Shown here in pieces: positions 56,173 through 64,000 of a DNA stretch of 64,000 nucleotides. The notes under the pieces are model-generated. The model ran no database searches. It had not been told where the DNA came from and saw only the letters and a program-made list of their open reading frames with translations. This DNA is from Octopus vulgaris (Eukaryota). The translations under genes and the position numbers were made by a program. The stretch is taken from positions 4,464,001 through 4,528,000 of the forward strand of contig OX597836.1 of assembly GCA_951406725.2 (NCBI GenBank), given 5' to 3'. Position 1 is the stretch's first letter; each line of letters opens with the position of its first letter.

Positions 56173-56727
56173 TTCTTTCTAATGTAGGCACAAGGCCTGA
56201 AATTTTGAGGAAGGGGTCTAGTCGTTTATATCAACCCCAGTGCTTCACCGGTACTTGATTTATCGACTCCGAAAGTATGAAAAGCAAAGGTGACCTCTGC
56301 GAAATTTGTACTCAGAACGCAGCGACGGGCGAAATACCTATCTCTTTGCTACCCGCGAGGGGCTGCACACAGAGGAGACAAACCGGAACAGACAAACGGA
56401 TTAAGTTCGATTATATCGATCCCAGTGCGTAACTTTGCCTTTCATCCTTTCGGGGACGATTAAATAACTACCAGTTACGCACTGGGGTCGATATAATCGA
56501 CTTAATCCGCTTGTCTGTTCTTGTTTGTCCTCTCTGTGTTTAGCACCTTGTGGGTAGTAAAGAGATAGGTATTTCGTCTGCCGTTACGTTCTGAGTTTTA
56601 CCGAGGTCGACATAGAGTTTCATCCCTTCGAGGTCGATAAAAAAGTACCAGTTGCATACTGGGGTCCATCTAATCGACTTGACACCTCCCCCAAAATTTC
56701 GAGCCTTGTGCCTAGAGTAGAAAAGAA
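56173..56727. mobile_element. Mirror-image pair of truncated SINE family B dimers
   Basis: 56173-56434 (minus) is the diverged reverse complement of 56473-56727 (plus). Both arms include the same inter-unit junction and the same CCTTGTGCCTA..TAGAAA tail. Confidence 0.9.
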
Positions 56728-56911
56728 AGAAATACCAGCATATTTTAACATACTCCATACGAAGGTACTTGTAAGCAGATGAATATCAGTGTACGAAATA
56801 TTATCCACAGACACTAATTTGTATGCATAAAATTATATGGGTGTATTCATTAAAACAGTTATATTTTCTACGTATTGCGCTCTCATGTTCAATAACAATG
56901 TGAATGTGAAA

Positions 56912-56947
<36 letters not shown>

Positions 56948-56958
56948 TAAATATATAT

Positions 56959-57004
<46 letters not shown>

Positions 57005-57230
57005 TATATGCATACATATGTAAACACGAGCGCACTCACATCCACACACACATACACACACATATAAACACGCATATAAATGTATATATATATATATCTA
57101 TATACATATAAATTATACACGATTATGTATATATTTATACATGTATATATAAAAATTACACAAATCTTTTATGTAACTAGACATGAGGACTTAGGAGTTG
57201 GATAGATTTGTATCTGTCTGTGTATATATG

Positions 57231-57278
<48 letters not shown>

Positions 57279-57993
57279 CTATGGAACTTGCAATAATCAA
57301 ACGTACTATACAAACACAAACAGGCACACGTATGCACAATCATAAAAATGACATACATATAGATATATAAACTCACACAGAGTTATTCATACACACACAC
57401 ACACACAAGCAAACACATACAAATATATATATATATATACATAAATACATACGTATATACTTATATACTTATATATATATATGCACATACTCACACACAT
57501 ATTTACATCTACATAAATGTATATATGCGTATATACACTTCATATATTTCATACGTAACTTGCACACATATAATTTACAATTAACGCGCGTAAATACGAG
57601 CTAAATACAATCAGCGGCCATTTTGCTTCCCGAAGCTGATTAAGAAAAGATAAATAGCAGTTTTTCTCTCAATTTTACCGTATTCCCAACATTCCACCAA
57701 TCCTTGGATATAAATTAAAAATCTTAATGATAATTCTCAATTCATTGGTTTCACTTTCGTTTAATAGCTGTCATTAAAAATTTCATCGGTATACTTAAAT
57801 AGATAAACAAATCGCAAAATTTTCAGTGTGTGTGTGTGTGTGTGTTTGTGTGTGAGAGAGAGAAAGATTTTTGTTGATATACATACATGTATACACATAC
57901 ATATATTGTTATACATATATATATATTTATTTATCAATGCATATATATACATACATATATATATATATATATGTTAATATACTTGATGTATGT

Positions 57994-58029
<36 letters not shown>

Positions 58030-58862
58030 TTTGTGTATTTAAATATAATACATAATATCTCTCAAGAAATGATTGTCTGTTTGTTAATACGCATATAATA
58101 CATACTTACATATGCATGCACACATACACGCACTTATTATATTGCACAATATCTGTAAGCATTTAACATTATATCCATCCTTCTTTAGTATCGGGCGCCA
58201 TATTGTTGTTTGTTTTCTATAGATTGTTGGAGATATGTCAGTGTGAGAAATGTAATGTTTATTTTGGGGTAGACAGAAGCTAAATGGATAGGGAAATAAT
58301 TGCAGGGTGTTATGAGAAATTTATCGAGTTTTATTTCCTTAGGTTTTATGCGTTTATTTTAAGAATTATTAATTTGTTCTAAGAGCATCCCCGTGAAGAA
58401 AATCTATGGTAACGCAATGACCTGTCTGAAAATTCCCTATACTAAGGTTGCTCTTTGGAATGTGGTAATTCAAATGTACACTTTTCGAAGGCCGAATGTT
58501 TTTCAATATTGTAAATTTAGCGGCCGTGTCCAACAGGCAGATTGACCTCGTAGAAAAATTATGAATCTTTGCTCTAGGAAATTTTGTTGAATATTTGTAT
58601 TTGTGTATGTTTGCGTGTGCATGTGTATGTGCGTTCGTATGTTTCGGCGTATGTCTGCTTATATATGCGTCGCGAGTGTTGTGTATGTAAATAGACACGA
58701 AGGAACTCGAATGAATGTTGGAAACTTTCTTTTTCCTTACTACCCAAGGATGTACGGTTGGTTTAATAGTGTTATATCTGAAACTAAATTTATGTACTGA
58801 GTACACAATGAGGAAAAGAAAAAAGGAGAAAAGGAAAAAGAGAAAAACGAGGTGGGTCAGAC

Positions 58863-59270
58863 ACTAACTAGTCCAACCCCTCCTCATCGTGGTGTGGACG
58901 CTGGCAACGGGTGGTGTCAGAGCTATGCCGTCGGGAACTTCGGTTCCTGGTAGGGCCACCCAAGGCGGATTGTTCTGACACCGAGTGGTATTAGGGCCAC
59001 AACCCGGGAGACGGGGCTCAGATGAAAATCCTCGGAGTGTCTGTTTCGGCAACCGGCGGCTCCTCGATCGTTCTGTCCCTGCGCCTGCGGACAATCTGCG
59101 GCAAACAGGATGTCTCTACATGCGGGATTGTTGGGGACCGCTTGTGAGTTCCACATATTCCCACGAAACTTCTTCCATGGTAGAAGCCGACTCAACCCGC
59201 CCAGGGTGAATGTCGCCACAAGTCATGTCAAGTCAAACTAGAGACAGAAAGGAAGAGAAGACACCTCTGT
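58863..59270 (+). mobile_element. RTE/BovB-clade LINE 5'UTR and start of ORF
   Basis: GC-rich island with CGTGGTG...GAGCTATGCCG...TAGGGCCACCCAAGGCGGA..GTTCTGACA, resembling the recalled BovB/RTE 5'UTR GAGCCATGCCG..TAGGGCCACCCAAGACGGA..GTTCTGACA. It is followed by ATG and SSQTRDRKEEKTPL. Confidence 0.7.
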
Positions 59271-60695
59271 TTACACATTCATACATCAAAGGAGAAGTGA
59301 CCCCCGCTGTAAAAATTCAAGAAAATACGTCACAAGTTTGTAAAGCAGACGAGATAAGCCTAATTATGTTGTTTAAGTCTCAGCCGTGTTGTCTGTACCG
59401 AAACATGCCTTGTTACTGCTTCAATGTGGTTACTGGGTGGCTTCATATATTGCGCATGATGTATGTTCTTCGACAGAACTGAATGTGGTTTATAGACTGA
59501 AGTCTTTCTGATACTCAGGGTGACATTTTGAAGGATATCTTCTGTTCATTGAATTGTGCTTCGAGAATATTAATCTGGTTTCTCAGGTATTTGTTAAATG
59601 TCACTTTGACATATTACTTTGATATATACAACGTGAAAACACCCAGGACGTAAAATTAGCGGAACACGTTCGGAAATTTCCAATGACACCTGAAAAATGA
59701 AAATCAAAATTGAGATCAATCTCATCTGAACTCAGAGTACGAACCATTGTGTGGTTCAACAGAGCAAGCATTATCAAAGAGAACAACGGTAAAGGCTCAG
59801 TTTGAATACTAGGGATTTGCACCATTTTGTCAATTGCCGCTGCCTTTTACAGGTCACATGTAAGCCTTTGGTAGGAACTCATCACAGACACCCATCAACG
59901 TTTAGCGGCAACCGCACTGATGTGAAATTTCTTCTTAGATGTCTGGTAATTAGAATAACCCCCTCTTTTTTTTATGAGTCGCATATTTTCGACAATTACT
60001 GGAACTTTCCTTTCATACTGTAACTAGTTCATAGAGTGGTTGAGTTATTACATATTACCAAATAATTTGGCTGCTGAAGAAAACGTGGTATGTCAAGGTA
60101 ATTTGAATGCTCATCCTTTTGAAGGAGAGAGGATGAAACGGTGTGTGTTAAAAGAAAAAAGTGGATATAGAAATAAGGAAGAACGAGAAAGTCAGTATTC
60201 TGAAGATATACAGACGTAGCAGACAACAAGTGTTGAATGGTGAAAGAATTACGTGGGCAATAGAGCAATGATGGCCAATAAATGCACAGCTAGAGACTAC
60301 GGGGCTACAATGAGTTTTATTCACAAAGTTTATGATGGCCCGAGTCTACGGGTAAAAATGCTTGGTCAAAATCACAAGCCCCAGGGTGGAATTGTTGCAA
60401 AGAGACCTCCATAACCATTCATTTCTGCTCTGTATATTACTTACATGCACACATACATATACCTGCACGAAAATGTAATTATATACGTACATATAAACAT
60501 ACATACATATATACATACATACTTTCATATATATATATATATATATTTACAGAGAGGTACATATATATAGGTACATATATGTATGTGAGTATTTACATAT
60601 ATGATTGTATGTGTATGTGTGGGTGTATGTGTGTATGTATATATATATGTATATTAATATATATATATACACACACTTGTTATATATACATTATA

Positions 60696-60736
<41 letters not shown>

Positions 60737-61265
60737 TTTACACACAAAGCTATATCTATCTTCGTGTGCAAGCATATATATGTATGCATAAGTGCGTATA
60801 TATATATATATATGTATATATACAAAGAGCGAGGTCTATTCATACATATCCATACACATACAAGCACGCACAAAAACAGACATCGGTGTCTAGTTTGTGT
60901 GGCACTAATCAGCCTCGTTAACAATATTCCATTTCTATTTTCTTGTTCGTTCCTAATTCTTGTTTTTTTTTTTTTCTATCTGTGGTGTATGTTACTTCAA
61001 AAAGACATTATATAGCAGACGTACCGTAATGACTATGAGACTAACTAAATAACATAGTATTCCTCTCTTGTTTTTGACCGTCTGCTCTCTTCATTTGGTC
61101 TTGTGATGCACTCTGTGCTATGCTTAATGTGTTCTTCATAGCAACTCGCTTTCCCGCACATTTATTTCCTTATCTTTCTCATTAAGTGTGCAACTGAATA
61201 TGTTGTCCTACTTCTATAACTCCTACTATTTCTCTCTCTATCAATGGTTTTATGTATAAATATAT

Positions 61266-61321
<56 letters not shown>

Positions 61322-61402
61322 TCTCTCATTCCTCCAATGGTTTTATGTATAAATATATACATACAAAACACAAACCAAATCATTTTTTAACAAAAAAAAA
61401 TT

Positions 61403-61444
<42 letters not shown>

Positions 61445-61480
61445 TGGACATTCACAAAGCCACGCACATACACATATATA

Positions 61481-61548
<68 letters not shown>

Positions 61549-61552
<4 letters not shown>

Positions 61553-61950
61553 GCTGTGTGGTAAGTAGCTTGTTTACCAACCACATGGTTCCGGGTTCAG
61601 TCCCACTGCGTGGCACCTTGGGCAAGTGTCTTCTACTATAGGCTCGGGCCGACCAAAGCCTTGTGAGTGCATTTGGTAGACGGAAACTGAAAGAAGCCCG
61701 TCGTATATATGTATATATATATATATGCGTGTGTGTCTTTGTGTGTCTGTGTTTGTCCCCCTAGCATTGCTTGACAACCGATGCTGGTGTGTTTATGTCC
61801 CCGTTACTTAGCGGTTCGGCAAAAGAGACCGATAGAATAAGTACTGGATTACAAAAAGAATAAGCCCCGGGTTCGAGTTGCTCGATTAAAAGGCGGTGCT
61901 CCGGCATGGCCGCAGTCAAATGACTGAAACAAGTAAAATAGTAAAAGAGT
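61549..61950 (+). mobile_element. SINE family A, young copy between (TA)n arrays
   Basis: Near-identical to 45133-45546 apart from the first ~8 nt. It abuts (TA)n on both sides. Confidence 0.95.
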
Positions 61951-62179
61951 ATATATATATATATTTTTTTGTTGGAGTTTAACTGCTCTTTTTAGTGAGT
62001 CAGATATCCTATTCTTTGGGTATCTCTTTTGTGTTTGAATGTACACTGTATTCTTCCCTGAATAATGTATAGTCTATTACTAATTTTTTCCTCCTCGCTA
62101 GACGACTGGTAACTAAAAATTTTTTCGATAAATATTCTTGCTACCCTAAGATTTTGATATATAAATATATGTGTGTATG

Positions 62180-62261
<82 letters not shown>

Positions 62262-62327
62262 ACAGACAAGAAAGTACATTTAGGATGCAGTAAACCTTTG
62301 AGGACAGCAGAGAAATTGTGTATTTAA

Positions 62328-62442
62328 CCTTATAAGACGGAAAAAGTTACCAGTTGGAGGTTACGGGACTCAGCTGGTAGCCGGAAAATCTGAGTTCGTG
62401 TCCTGTAGCCACCTTCTGATAACAATTTTCCGCCTTATAAGG
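62328..62442. other. Imperfect 115-nt hairpin inside a ~270-bp island between (TA)n arrays
   Basis: CCTTATAAGACGGAAAAAGTTACCAGTTGGAGGTTACGGGAC pairs with GTCCTGTAGCCACCTTCTGATAACAATTTTCCGCCTTATAAGG. An inner ACTCAG/CTGAGT stem is also possible. Confidence 0.8.
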
Positions 62443-62525
62443 AGCGACACCTGTATAGCTTTAATACATCCGAAATGCCAACTACCCCGTAGGGGAATAT
62501 CTTAGTGTGATCTCTAGCCCCAAGA

Positions 62526-62584
<59 letters not shown>

Positions 62585-63594
62585 GACGTGAAGTTAGTTC
62601 ATCCTGAAATATATTAAGAAGCACATAGGTAAATATGCCAAGAGAGCACCAATCACCTTGTAACTTGCTGAGCATATTTCAAAGCAATCCTCCAATGCTA
62701 CGTCTATAATCATTACAACTACATGATCGAGGGAATGCAAGCTATTAAGTTGTCACCGTCATCCTTCTCCTCCTATTTGTCCTCCTCCTAATCCTCATCG
62801 TCCTCGTCATCGTCGTCATATAATTATATAAGGAAAACAATATAGAAATATATTAACTTACAGAGCTGTCACTAGCAAGCGAGTTCGATCTGGTCGAATG
62901 AAATCTGCTTTGGCTAATAAATTTACGTTCAAACTTCATTACAAGGCGACTTAGATATCTGCCCAGGCTTCACAGTAAACGTTTAAGTAGTATAAGGAGA
63001 CGTGATTGCATCACCATTCGGTTAGAATTCATTCGAAGCTGGCCACACTGGAGCAGCTTTAAACTAAATTGCATGCTGAAAGTGCACAATGTACCACCTA
63101 CTCTGCGAAACGAACACACAATCTTGGGTCCAGGAAGCCAATATTCTAACCTCGAGGTCACGCTTTTTCACTTTTAATAGCATACATATTACATACGTAA
63201 ATACCGGTTTTCTAAGAATGATGGAAGTGAATCGACCTCGTGATCTTAGAATAGCCAGCCCTGCATGGTAACAACCACGCCACACTGTTCCACTGTCAAA
63301 CATATACATACACACATACAAATTTCAGTTTTCCATATGAAAGAGAAAGCAGAATTCCTAGACCATTAACTATTTCTTCATACACCATCCTGACTATAAT
63401 TTCAATAAAATGTCGACCACTATTAATTTATCATGGCAACTTCCGGTACATTTGACAGCAAGTATTGACGTATTGGTGTATCTGTTTATGAGGCAAATTG
63501 TTTGGACATCGCTTGCATTATGTGTGGCAATAATAGTTTGTAATGCTGCTGAGATTTTTTCGAAACTTGACAACATGTATCGCGAGAGTTTAAA

Positions 63595-63735
<141 letters not shown>

Positions 63736-63817
63736 TTCTGTCTATATATTTATCTATCTCTCTGTTTGTCTATTTATTTATTTATCTATCTCTTCTGCTC
63801 TTTCTTCTTTCTGTCTG

Positions 63818-63885
<68 letters not shown>

Positions 63886-64000
63886 CAGGGACATATACAT
63901 ACAAATATATATATATGTTTATATATATATGTATATATGTATGTGTATACATGAGTGTGTGTGTATGTGTGTGTGTGTGCGTATATAGTGGTATACGCTC

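Noticed and set aside
58870-58935. HDV-like ribozyme at the RTE 5' end (GTCCA..TCCTC..TGGAC..GGCAAC)
   Set aside because: I could not place a P2 strand or complete the double pseudoknot by hand. An RNAbob/RNArobo search would be needed.

Overview
This is AT-rich eukaryotic, apparently non-coding DNA (intron or intergenic), saturated with di-, tri- and tetranucleotide microsatellites. The repeat landscape looks like an Octopus/coleoid cephalopod genome, which is an inference from recalled repeat families and not a database search. No intact host protein-coding gene, rRNA, true tRNA or CRISPR array is supportable. Nearly all listed ORFs are translations of simple repeats (IY, HT, CV, poly-I/L/S/K). 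Recognisable content includes many copies of three SINE families, labelled A, B and C here. There are also decayed transposases (mariner, a Tc1/mariner DD41D-like element, Chapaev3-like), RTE/BovB-clade LINE fragments (one 3' piece and one 5'UTR), Penelope-like fragments (one with a degenerate minimal hammerhead), small MITE-like elements and minisatellites. The most notable structures are a ~590-bp foldback with a 163-bp ungapped stem (43663-44249), mirror-image SINE-B dimers (56173-56727, 41041-41588) and a 115-nt hairpin sitting between (TA)n arrays (62328-62442). Coordinates of diverged repeats are approximate.
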